Shown here one piece after another: positions 24,163 through 35,507 of a stretch of 64,000 nt of DNA. Both the position numbers and the translations under genes were made by a program. The notes under the pieces were generated by a model, which did no database searches, had not been told where the DNA came from, and saw only the letters and a program-made list of their open reading frames with translations. Origin of the DNA: Eledone cirrhosa (Eukaryota); the NCBI GenBank assembly GCA_964016885.1, contig OZ024758.1:32550001-32614000 (forward strand), read 5' to 3'. Position 1 is the first letter of the stretch; the number at the start of each line of letters is the position of its first letter.

Positions 24163-24500
24163 CCAAGATAATACGTCATATGTGGAGCGTGGAGCACAAT
24201 TGCACGCAAAGACAAAACCATGTAAATGGTATAACTGAAGTCGTAGACTAAAATTCTAACTAGGAAACCGAATTATTCTCGGCTTCACGCTCCACATATG
24301 ACGTATTATCTTTGTTTTTTCCGTTCATTGCCAGAGAACGTCTCTATGAACCACCTAATAGAATATTAGTCTACGACTTCTTTTATACCATAAACGTGGT
24401 TTTCTTTTTGCGTGTAATTGTTTTTCATCGCTCCAAATAATGACGTATTATATTCGTTTTTTTCCGTACTTTGTCAGGGAACGTTTCCACGAACTAAAGT
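24155..24500. repeat. Nested inverted-repeat element
   Basis: AAGATAATACGTCATATGTGGAGCGTG is inverted at ~24286-24312; GAAGTCGTAGACTAA is inverted at ~24366-24380; related sequence at 4598-4647. Confidence 0.7.
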
Positions 24501-24575
24501 ATCGTCTTCCTGTCTTCCTCCGGTTGCAACGTTTTTTTGAAATATTCACTTCTGCGTTCACAGATTGACTTTGTT

Positions 24576-24626
24576 AGTTTCAAAAGATCCCGTTAAGGGT
24601 GAAAGCAGCGATTCTTTGCTTAAACT
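24576..24626 (+). ncRNA. Hammerhead, core-mutated copy
   Basis: AGTTT-CAAAAGA-TCCC GTTAA GGGT-GAAA-GCAG CGATTCT TTGC-TT-AAACT; the core is intact (CTGAAGA) in the sister copy at 29498. Confidence 0.6.
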
Positions 24627-24820
24627 TTAATCTGTTATTTTAATAAATATTTGCTCTACGGTTCTTATATATTTGATATATATTTATCCTTATCGAGCTC
24701 TCTTTGGATTTTAGTCTTCAAATATATTATTATTACTATGTATATGCATATATATTTTTAAAAAAATAAGACTCCAGTTGCATTTTCGATTTCATCTTTT
24801 TTTCTTTATATATATATATA

Positions 24821-26634
24821 CTAGCAGCTGAGCCCGGTTGCACCCGGGGCCACTTTTTATTAAGTTAATAATTTGAAAAATATTATTGAAAGTTTATTAT
24901 AAAGAAGCAGTTTCAGGAAAACAAAATAAAAATATGCACTTGGGGCTGGACGGCGTACAATGAGAAGTGGAGTGACGTGGGGGTACTTGAAATTAAAAAA
25001 AAAAAATCAATAATCGGACCCCCAGAGGCAACAATTCGGCAACCGAAAAACGCCATTCTTCTTGCTTCTATTTGTTGCGACTCTCGCCATGCAAAAAACG
25101 TTCAATCTATCAGGATTATCCACCGTAAGTCTCTTTAAATTAACGCTCACCATATTCAACAAACCTTTTATGCCGATTCTTCCATTTCTAATATAAGGAC
25201 TATCAAGACTATATGGTCGCGCATCATCCTGTATTGCGCCCCGTCTTCTCCAGCAATCATCAAGCCTCCATGCACTCTCTTCATTCCTGTGGTCCCACTA
25301 CCGTAGCATAATGAGGCATCTGTCAACCACTGCCCTCTCCCTTCCCTGCACGCAATCGTCCCATTGCATCGCCATGCCTCACCATGCCGCATTACTGCCC
25401 TGTCGGCCACCATCCCCTCCTTAGCCCTTTCTTTTGCCTGCCCGCCGTGCTCCTTCAAGACTGCCATGCCTAACCAAACCACATCCCTGCCACCGTCAAC
25501 TCCTGCCCTCTCCTTGGTCCCTCACGACTGCCATGGCTCATCATGTGGCATTCCTGCCCTGTCAGCAACTTGCTCAAATGTTATCAGCATGGTTTATTCC
25601 TGCGCTGCACATAACCGCCCATTATCTCAGACCAAAGACAGCACCGGACATGAAGACAATCCCGATTTTCGCAAGCTAAACACAATACCAACGTGCACCA
25701 TAGTCCATGGTAAATCTTTTTAATTACATGTTCATCATGCTAAGAAAAGGATGAATAGCAACTCTTTCATTTCTCCTGACATGCCTTTCTGTCAATTATG
25801 GCCGAGAAGCATCCTGTGTAGTATCGCGTCTTCTCAAGCGATCAGCGTGCCTTCCACTGTCCTCACAATTGACTCACAACGCCGCATCTATTCCTTGAAT
25901 GCCCCTAAACATCATCAGCATGGCTTATTTTTCTGCCGCGTTTAACCGGCCCTCATTCTAGCCCATAAACAACAAAACCGCACGATGATGCTGCGTAAGT
26001 CTATTTAAATTAATGGTCAACATGTTCAGGAAAACAATTGTACCAATTCTTTCTCTTCACCTCCAAGGCTTCCAAGACGAAAGTCGATTTAGTTCCACAA
26101 CAAATTAACAAATCATACTTGAAGACACATTGGGGCTGTTGCAAAGGGCAATAACCCTAGACACAATTTTGATCAACTTTTTTTCACCTATAGCAAATTT
26201 ACCGGGACAGGTTTTTAGCTACTCAAATCTACTTCAGAGGTCACGCATTCATGTAAAAAATCAATAAAACCGAAGCGGGGGTTCGACTTTGCGCAAAAAA
26301 CAAGACAAAGTTGCACATGGGAAAACTTTTTACAGGAAAAAAAAAAACTGAAAAAATCGACTTTTTCACCCTGCTTTAAAAATCAACCGAAAATTCAATT
26401 TCAAGTGAATTTGACTTCCGTCAGTCGTGCAAAGAACAATTTCAATGAGACACTGTGAACCAACAATTGATCCATTATTTATGCTCAATTACACACCTGC
26501 GTCTACTAACCTCTGTTTTTTTTCTTGAGATTCAAAGGTTTTTGCACCTGTGATGCGCGGGAAGTAACTTTCACACATTTTTACAAAAGAGCAAAGGTCG
26601 GCTTACACCCGGGCAACGCTGGGTACTTCTGGTA

Positions 26635-26635
<1 letters not shown>
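24821..26635. mobile_element. Composite Helitron region with Helitron 3' ends at both extremities
   Basis: 24821-24980 is the reverse complement of 23665-23823. The right end CCCGGGCAACGCTGGG-TACTTCTGGTAG resembles a second 3' terminus on the + strand. Confidence 0.6.
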
Positions 26636-26666
<31 letters not shown>

Positions 26667-26669
26667 GTA

Positions 26670-27075
26670 ATGTGAAGGCGCATAGCTTAGTGGTTAGAGC
26701 ATTGGGCTTGCAATCGAAAGGTTGTGAGTTCAATTCTCGGACCGGGTGATGTGTTGTTTCCTTGAGCAAGACACTTTATTTCACGTTGCTCCAGTTTACT
26801 CAGCTGAAAATGAGTACCAGCAACAGCTGGAGGTTTAACCCTGTGATGGACTAGCGTCCAGTCCAGGGGGGGGGGGGGGGTCTTGTGCTCTGAGTCGCTT
26901 CACGCCATGAAGCCGGGATAAGCACTGGCCAAATGAGCCTTCTGGCTTAAGACAGACTTTAAACTTACGGTCTGCCTGCCCAGCCAGTGGGATGGCGTCA
27001 TCGTATGGCTAAAATAGCAATATGCTGTGACCAGCGGTGCCCAATGGTGCCCGACAGACTGGTCGGTCAAGGTGA
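26670..27075 (+). mobile_element. Full-length tRNA-derived CORE-like SINE
   Basis: A box TAGCTTAGTGG, B box GAGTTCAATTC, central TCCTTGAGCAAGACACTTTATTTCACGTTGCTCCAGTTTACTCAGCTG. Confidence 0.9.
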
Positions 27076-27119
27076 CCTCAAGGTGATATATATATAATAT
27101 ATATATAGAGAGAGAGAGA

Positions 27120-28612
27120 GAGGAAACTATAGAGGTATGAAGCTGATGGAACAGGTTATGAAAGTAATGGAAAGAGTTTTATCACAGCTGATTAAGGACC
27201 GGGTAAATCTAGATGAGATGCAGTTCGGGTTTGTGCCAGGAAAAAGCACCACTGATGCTATCTTGCTTGTGAGACATTTACAGGAAAAGTACCTAGCTAA
27301 AAGTAAGCCGCTCTACCTGGCATTTGTCGATCTAGAAAATCATTCGACAGAGTGCCCCATGCTATAATCTGGTGGGCTCTTAGAAAACTAGGAGTAAAGG
27401 CTGCACAAGCCATGTATAGGGGAGCAGTCAGCAAAGTTAGGGTTAACAATGACTATAGCAAGGAATTCAGCATACAGGTTGGTGTCCACCATGGCTCTGT
27501 TCTTACCCCTCTCTTATTTATTATAGTACTGCAGGCTATAACAGAGGAGTTTAAGACCGGATGTCCATGGGAACTTCTTTACGTGAATGATCTTACACTT
27601 ATAGCTAAATCTATGATGAAACTAAAGAAGAAATTCCAAACATGGAAGCAGGGACTAGAAAGAAGGGGGTCTCAGAGTCAACCTCACAAAGGTCCTCGTA
27701 AGTAGACGGGAAAACAGAACCCAGATCCCCTCAGGCAAATGTCCTTGCTCAGTATGCAGGAAAGGTGCAGGTAGAAATTCCATCCTCTGCCCCAAATGCA
27801 AACTATGGGTGCACAAGAGATATAGTGGGATTTCAGGAAGTCTAGCTAAGAATGTAGGCTTTACATGTAGCAGCTGTGCTGGGACATCAAGCAGCAAACA
27901 GCCACAGGAAACAAAAACTAAATTCTGTGAGGGATCTGTAGAAACAGTAGACAGCTTCTGCTACCAAGGTGACTGAATTAACAGCGGAGGTGTGTGTGTG
28001 TGTGTGTGGGGGGGGCATGTTCTGAATGTACAATAGCTAGAGTAAGAACGGAATGGAAGAAGTTCAGGGAGCTACTGCCACTGCTAGCTGCAAAAGGCTT
28101 TTCCCTCAAAATGAAAGGCAGACTGTATGATGGGTAGAAGACTTGCGTAGATTGGAAAGAAACGAAGCCTGTATACTCCGATGGATGTGTAATAGTAATA
28201 TACGTGAACGGCAAAGTATAAATGAACTGAGAGAGAGACTGAGCATAAGAGGAATCAAATGTTGTGTGCAGGGGAGGCAGGTGCGTTGGTATGGACATGT
28301 GATGTGTATGAAGGATGACAGTTGCATAAAAAGGTGCAGAGCACTAGAAGTTGATGGAAGCCTTGGAGTGGGAAGACCCAAGAAGACCTAGAATAAGGTG
28401 ATAAAAACTGAGCTTTCCAAATTGCACCTCTCAAAGGCAGAAATACAGAATAAGGTTGGTGTTAGGAAGGGCATCCAGCTGTAGAAACTGAACCTAAATC
28501 AGTTCTGTATGAGCAAGACATGGTCACTTGACCAGTCATTGCCCACATCAGGACAACCCGTCTAACCCATGCTAGCGTGGAAACATTGACGTAAAATGGT
28601 GGTGATGATGAA
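27120..28612 (+). mobile_element. RTE LINE 3' half (RT, Cys-rich insert, 3' tail), decayed
   Basis: NYRG.KL, QFGFVPGKSTTDAI, LAFVDLE, GVHHGSVLTPLLF, LRWMC, WYGHV, GRPKKT; (TGA)n tail. Confidence 0.92.
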
Positions 28613-28633
28613 TATACACACATATATATATAA

Positions 28634-28767
28634 GAAAAGGTATGACCCCGACGGCAGAGCTCAAGCTTGGGGGGGGTCATACCTTTTCCTATCACCCACT
28701 CTACTACCCTAAGTATTGAGTACTCTGGTGCGTTATGGTCCATCTGGTTCCTTACCACAATTCCCTC

Positions 28768-28770
<3 letters not shown>
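28634..28770 (+). mobile_element. Penelope pLTR tail with short inverted 5' segment
   Basis: GAAAAGGTATGACCCC...GGGGTCATACCTTTTC, followed by a tail homologous to 12390-12480. Confidence 0.8.
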
Positions 28771-28829
<59 letters not shown>

Positions 28830-29008
28830 AGATTGTTTTTACTTTTGGCACTAGGCCAGCAATTACCCCAGTGTATTACTGGTGCTTTATTTTATCAACC
28901 CCATAAGGATGAAAGGCAAAGTTAACCTCAACGGGATTTGAACTCAGAATGCAAAGGGCCATCACTCTGCTGCAAAGCATGGCGTCTGACGCTCTACTGA
29001 TACTGCCA
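28830..29008 (-). mobile_element. tRNA-derived SINE (central domain resembling the Meta domain)
   Basis: CTGAGTTCAAATCCCG..GTTAACTTTGCCTTTCATCC..GGGGTTGATAAAATAAAG; copies at 46530-46690(-), 57420-57580(-), 58455-58640(+) and 63650-63860(+). Confidence 0.8.
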
Positions 29009-29079
29009 TGTATATATAATATATAAATATATATATATATAATATATATATAGTTATGTAATAAACAACATAAGACAAT

Positions 29080-29156
29080 TATTCCATTTACCAAAGGTTT
29101 CATGAAGACAGATGAGCTCTACACAGACGTCTGAAATCGCTCATCAGGATGAAATT
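29080..29156 (-). ncRNA. Hammerhead-like motif
   Basis: ATTTCATC-CTGATGA-GCGA..TCAT-GAAA-C CTTTG G-TA-AATGGAAT; the base of stem II is weakened. Confidence 0.6.
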
Positions 29157-29442
29157 TTATTTGATGTGGATGTAAGATATGGATTTATAAACAAAGGCTA
29201 AAACAATTGAAAGTGAGGCTGATATATAATATAATGGTAGAAGATAGAACGGAATGTAATGGGGAAAATAATAAATATATATATAATATATAGAAGTGAC
29301 ATAGTCACTACTTTAAAATAATAGCGCAAAGTCTTCAAAATGTTTTTAATTAAACATACGGTATATTGCCAAATATACTATACATACATTCATGTATACA
29401 TCGCTATTTCAGAGCACCAATACTAATATATATATATATATA

Positions 29443-29640
29443 TATTTATTAAAATAGCAGATTAAAATTTAAGCAAAGAATCGCTGCTTTCACCCTTCTG
29501 AAGATCCCGTTAAGGGAGAAAGCAGCGATTCTTTGCTTAAATTTTAATCCTTTATTTTAATAAATATTTGCTCTAGGGTTCTTATAAATTTGATATATAT
29601 TTATCCTTATCGAGCCCTCTTTGGATTATAGTCTTTACAT
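29443..29640 (+). mobile_element. Hammerhead-bearing short element with ~55-bp inverted 5' segment
   Basis: Core CTGAAGA (29498-504)-TCCC GTTAA GGGA-GAAA-GCAG..TTGC-TT; 29443-29497 is the reverse complement of ~29512-29566; homolog at 24570-24720. Confidence 0.8.
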
Positions 29641-29929
29641 GTATCATTATTACATTATCATCATCATCATCAGGTTTAGCGTCCGTGTTCCGCGCTTGCA
29701 TGGGTTTGGACGGGGGTTTTCCCACTTGAGGCAAGAGTGCTTGTCTTGCTCGCATAGGACTGTCTGGCGGGTTTTCTACAGTTGGATGCCCTTCCTAATA
29801 CCAATTATATATATATAAAATGAATGTATGTATAGATTATTTGGCAATATACCATATGTTTAATTAAAAACATTTAGAAGACCTTATGCTATCGGTTTTA
29901 AAGTAGTGACTATGTCACTTCTTTTCGGC

Positions 29930-32900
29930 GAAAGAAGGGAGAGAAGCTAACAGTCTGTTTCACACTGTTTGGCGATCATCAGAGCCACGCACTCCGGAAG
30001 CAGGATGATTATATATAGTCGCATTGAGAATGCCACTGAATCTATAACCCAAGAAGTAATTGCCATTGGTGTACCAGAAGACATAGTTGATTCTCAGACA
30101 TTTGCAGCCAGTTCATCCAAAGACTTGGGCTGTGCTCCCCCGAAGGGTGCTTCACGCTACGCTTTGGCCGACCAGGTCCAAAACCCAGGCTAATTAGACT
30201 ATTTTTTCAAACTCTACTGAAGCACATTCATATCTTTCAGCCTCTGATAAAGCTAGGCATGAAAATCGGATTACCTTCTGAACACACCCTGGCCTACCAC
30301 CTGATGTCCGCCCAAAGCTACGTGCTGCAACTTCTTTAATTGCAACTTGAAATCACAACATGAAAACTTCAGCCTACGTGATGATGGGAAGTTTATTAAG
30401 GCTGGTGAAGCATGGAAAAGAGATACCAGCTAGTCTGAACACACTATACCCACAATAGCTGGCAATGAAAAAACTGAAACAACTCTGGGAAATAAATCAG
30501 AACAACCTGCCATCCCCTGCACATCATCTCATAAACGGAAATCAAGGTACAAATTGTTGTCCTTGAATGCACGTAGTCTATGTAATAAGATACATCTTTT
30601 TAACTCCTATGTCAAAAGTATTGACCCTGACTTCATTACAGTCACGGAAACTTGGGCACATCCCTTACTCTGTGATGGGGTTTTCAGCATAACTGGCTAC
30701 AACTTGTTTCGTAAAGACCGCATTAACCATCGTGGTGGTGGTGTAATGGTCTACGTTTGGTGAAATTTTTCAGCAATTCCTTGTGTTGATTTGAACCAAT
30801 CGCAGCAAGAAGTATTTTTCTGCGATATATGTATGACCATGTCAACACTGTTACTTGGAGTCGTTTACCATCCCCCAAATTACCATCAGGACACTCAACT
30901 TTCTGATATCCTCAGAGCTGCTGCCAGGAAAATAGCCACTTATGTTTTTATTGCAGGAGACTTCAATCACCCTGAGATTGACTGGGAAACCTTTCATTGG
31001 CTGCCAAGTGCAAATGATTTCCTTGAGCTAGTGCTGGACTCGAACTGGTCCCAAGTAGTCACCTCCCCAACAAGAGGTGACAACACTTTGGATCTACTCT
31101 TCACCACTACTCCTGAAACGGTCATTAGTGTTACTACTGAGGAACCTTTAGGTGACTCTGATCATGCTATGATAATTGCCAATCTGTCCCTCATGGGCAG
31201 TAACAAAAACCACAACCATCTCCAAACTGCTCACTTTGACTGGAATAAAGCAGACTGGAACTGTTACTGGACCGAGCTGCAACGTCCAAACTGGCTTGAG
31301 TTCTACGACTCTGGAGATGTCAACACTGTACTCCAGAACATCCTGAACTCAAAATGGACAGCAGGTGCAACATCGGTGCCACGTAAGCAGAAAAAACATC
31401 CCAAAAGTGCAGTTTGGGAGACTGCAGCAGTCCATCTTGCCAGGAAAGAACGTCATAATGCTAAAGGGAGTACAAACTGCATAAATCACATATTAATAGG
31501 AAAATACGAAATAAATCATCCAACCATCTCAAGCAGGTGACAAAAAAGGCAGTGCTTGAATTTGAGCAATAAATAGCAACCAGCCCTGACAGTAAGGTGT
31601 TCTGAAATGTTGGTCACTCAAAGCAGAGGCCTCACTCTCCCGTTAGTCCTCTTCTCAATCCCCACACAAGCCAGGTTACAAGGAATGCGCAGAACTCATT
31701 GTTGTATGCTATGCAGGCATTTTTACTGTTGAAGTCCAGAGTGTACCATCTCCACCACCTCTGACATCGGATTCTATTACAACTATGAAATTTACACCTG
31801 CAATGCTGCAACATCACCTTAATAATAAAGCAACCCTGCCTCTCCTGGCCTTGATGGTGTTATGTACCTGCTTCTCAAACGTGGTGGGTACTTCCTTCTG
31901 CACCAGCTATCACACTTCTTCCAATTCTGTCTGAACAACGGTGCTACTCTAGAACAGTGGAAAACTGCCAGTGTCATTCCACTGTTCAAAAAGGGTGACC
32001 GCACATCACTGTCAACTATCATCCAGTCAGTTTTACTAGCTGCATTGCCAAACTGATGGAATCCTGTGTCAGAGAAACCCTTTGGAACTTCTGGAACTCT
32101 CACAGTCTTATCTGGCCCTCGCAATTTAGATGTATCCCTAACTCCAGCTGTTGTGATCAACTTATCGAGTTTCCTGAAGACATCACCTGGATCACCGATG
32201 GCAGCTCATGGGTGGATGTTGTTTACCTTGACTTTGCTAAAGCTTTGAATTCTGTGTCACACAAAAGACTTATGGCAAAACTCTCTGCAATGGGTATGAA
32301 GGATGATCTTTTTAACTGGTTGAAGTCTTTCATTCTCAGTCGAAGAGAGGTAGTTACGGTTCTAGGACAGCATTCCTCACCATATGAGATGTCATCTGGT
32401 GTACTGCAGGGATCTGTTCTTGGCCCCCTTTTGTTTATGGCAGATATTAATGACATAGATGCCAACTTAAAGAATGCCACAGTACTGAAATATGCAGATG
32501 ACATCAAGCTGTACCTTGAGATAAAAAAGGACAGATCCCGAACACTATAGATCTTTCCTGCAATCTGACCTGGACGCAATGCAACAATGGATCACTGACT
32601 GGCAACTCAAGCTGGCAGTGGACAAGTGCACCACCATGCATTTTGAGAGTAAAAACCTAGTGTCCACATACTCCCTCCACAACACTAATATCAAGAAGTC
32701 TTCTTGTGAATGTGACCTGGGCATTACTGTCAGCAGTGATTTGCGTTGGACGAAGCACATCTCTAAAATTATGAAGAAGGCCTAGGGTGTCTTAGCATCA
32801 CTCAGTAAGACCTTTGTCAGCCGCTCTCCAACTATTTATTTAAAGCTATATATAGCTATGGTGCGGCCACACTTAGAATTCGCATCAGCAGTCTGGAACC

Positions 32901-33438
32901 CCTATCTTGCTCAGAACATTGACTGCCTGGAAACTGTTCTGAGATGTGCAACCAAGCGAATACTCTCCATCAGGCATCTACCATACTCCGAACGCCTTGC
33001 TTCCCTGGGCATTGAAGCTCCGTCTGACAACTGACTTGGTAAACACCCACAAAATTATTAACCATCTTGCCAACAACAACCCTGAGTACCTTTTTGATTT
33101 CCATGTGTCTAACACACGTGGGCATGCCCACAAAGTCAGAAAACAGCACAGTTCCCATGACTTTCGGAAACATTTTTTCATGCTCAGTGTTGCTGAAGCA
33201 TGGAACAAACTACCTGCATCAGTTATTAGCTGTTGAGACACTGTATCCTTTAAAACATCCATGCTTTCTGTGATTCGCTAACACACCACCTAATATTCCC
33301 CTTCCATACACACATGTATATCATGACTCGTACACTATTCACTTCCCTGACATTTGTATATTATTCTATGTACTATACATGCACCTTTGATGAGTTGTAG
33401 TGCACCTGAGCACTACACAATAATTTTATTATTATTAT
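29930..33438 (+). mobile_element. CR1/L2-group LINE, near full-length, degenerate (APE + RT)
   Basis: APE: LNARSL, TETW, RGGGV, GDFNHP, PTRGDNTLDL, SDH. RT: YLDFAKA, GVLQGSVLGPLLF, KYADDIKL. CR1-type C-terminus TRGH..RKHFF..RV..WN.LP; (TTA)n tail. Confidence 0.93.
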
Positions 33439-33469
33439 ATACTAATATATTTTTGTTGTAAATAAATAT

Positions 33470-33803
33470 TACATTATTGTCTCACATAATATCGAATCTT
33501 TGAGATTTTGATGCTATTTATTTTGAGAACAATACCTTAACATCAGTATGAGTGGCAAGTTACAGCCAGTTTGAACAGAAAGAGGTGAGAGAATTTTGGC
33601 CAGATATGGCCGGTTTAACTCTTTAGCATTTAAACCGTCCAGAATTTCCTTGCCTCTCATACTATTGTTAAGGTATTGTTCTCAAAATAAATAACATCAA
33701 AATCTCATAGATTCAATATTATGTGAGATAGTTTTGTAAGATAAAGCCTTTATTGTGAAAATATAAAAGTATATATCGAGTAATGTAAATGGTAAAGAGT
33801 TAA
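33470..33803. mobile_element. Head-to-head pair of piggyBac-type MITEs
   Basis: 33615-33803 has TTAA-CTCTTTAGCATTT...AAATGGTAAAGAG-TTAA. 33470-33615 is an inverted copy; another copy lies at 56817-57044. Confidence 0.7.
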
Positions 33804-34124
33804 ACAGTTAAATGGACCAACAACAGTGCTGCCACCAGAAACTACACAAAGATGTTGTAAGTTCAGGAAAATTGTGAAATAAAATAGAAAAGTCCAAGTA
33901 AACTCAAAGAGGCTCTTCAGTTATGCAACAGCAATAAAAAATGTTTAAAACTAATGTCTTTTGTTATAAAGCTTCACTTGTCACATTATGCTTGTTGCCT
34001 GTCCCTTGAAGAGTGGGCTAATTTTCTGAAATATAATTATGGCTTCTATTATTGGAGGTGATTTTTCTGAAAAGATTTTGTCGTTATATTCTAATGTGTT
34101 CCAGTATATGATTTATTTATTTAA

Positions 34125-34370
34125 GTGTGTGTGTGTGAGTATGTGTGTGTGTGTGTATGAGTATGCATGTGCGTGTATGTGTGTGCATGTGTGGGTGTAT
34201 GAGTGTGTGTGAGTGTGTGTGTCTGAGTGTGTGTGTGTGCGTGTGTGTGTGTATGTGTGTGTGAGTGTGTGTGTGAGTGTGTGTGTGAGTCTGTGTGTGT
34301 GTGTGTGAATGCGTGCGTGTTTATGTGTGTATGTATGTGTGTCCGCTTGTGTCTGTGTGTGTGTGTGTAT
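34125..34370. repeat. (TG)n-rich microsatellite
   Basis: Direct reading. Confidence 0.95.
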
Positions 34371-34416
34371 ACTCATTGTTTTATGTGTATTGCTCAAGGG
34401 TTAGATGGGTTGTTAC

Positions 34417-34841
34417 AATCAGAGTCTAAATGACTGTACTGTCTTGCTCATACATTCCATCTTGATATAGTTACTATGGCTAGATAGAATCAGAGTCTAA
34501 ATGACTGTACTGTCTTGCTCATACATTCCATCTTGATATAGTTACTATGGCTAGATAGAATCAGAGTCTAAATGACTGTACTGTCTTGCTCATACATTCC
34601 ATCTTGATATAGTTACTATGGCTAGATAGAATCAGAGTCTAAATGACTGTACTGTCTTGCTCATACATTCCATCTTGATATAGTTACTATGGCTAGATAG
34701 AATCAGAGTCTAAATGACTGTACTGTCTTGCTCATACATTCCATCTTGATATAGTTACTATGGCTAGATAGAATCAGAGTCTAAATGACTGTACTGTCTT
34801 GCTCATACATTCCATCTTGATATAGTTACTATGGCTAGATA
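34417..34841 (+). repeat. 71-bp perfect tandem repeat, 6 copies, inside a SINE
   Basis: Units start at 34417, 34488, 34559, 34630, 34701 and 34772. Confidence 0.95.
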
Positions 34842-35284
34842 CTCTTCCTAATGCCAACCACTTCATTGCATGTACTGTGGTCATTGGGTGGTATTTATGT
34901 CCTAGAACAGTGGTCTGAGAGAAAATTTTGGTGGTCCGCAGGAAAATTTGGACATTATTTGCAATTTATGTTTTATTAATAATTAAACAAAAATAATATT
35001 CGGTTAAAATATATTTTATAACACCCCCAATATATTTTATAACACCCCTAGAGGGTAATGTATTATTTTGATGTAATTTCTACAGCTAGATGCTCTTCCT
35101 AATGCCAACCATTTCATGGCATGTACTGTGGGCATTGGGTGGTATTTATGTCCTAAAGTGAAATGTACATCTATAATTGCTAAAATCTTTTTACGTACAT
35201 TAGTGTTAACGTTAAGGGAGTAACCAGATAGTGGATTTGTTTTCCTGTTTGTTTTCAGTTAAGTCTGGAGAGTAGGAAATTTTA

Positions 35285-35500
35285 AATAATAATATAATGA
35301 TAATTATTCTGTACAGTGCTCAGGTGCACTACAACTCATCAAATGTGCATGTATAGTACATAGAATAATGTAGAAATGTCAGGAAAGTGAGCAGTACACG
35401 AGTCATGATATACACACAGACACACACACAGGCCTATGTATGGAGGGGGAATATCAGGTGTAGTGTTGCTGAATTTTGTGAAGCATGGAAATTTCACTGT
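35285..35500 (-). mobile_element. CR1 3' end fragment
   Basis: Reverse complement of 33255-33435 (GATGAGTTGTAGTGCACCTGAGCAC). Confidence 0.88.
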
Positions 35501-35507
35501 TGCTTCA

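Noticed and set aside
26670-26750. tRNA gene
   Set aside because: The A/B boxes belong to a SINE head; there is no acceptor stem and the sequence continues into the SINE body.
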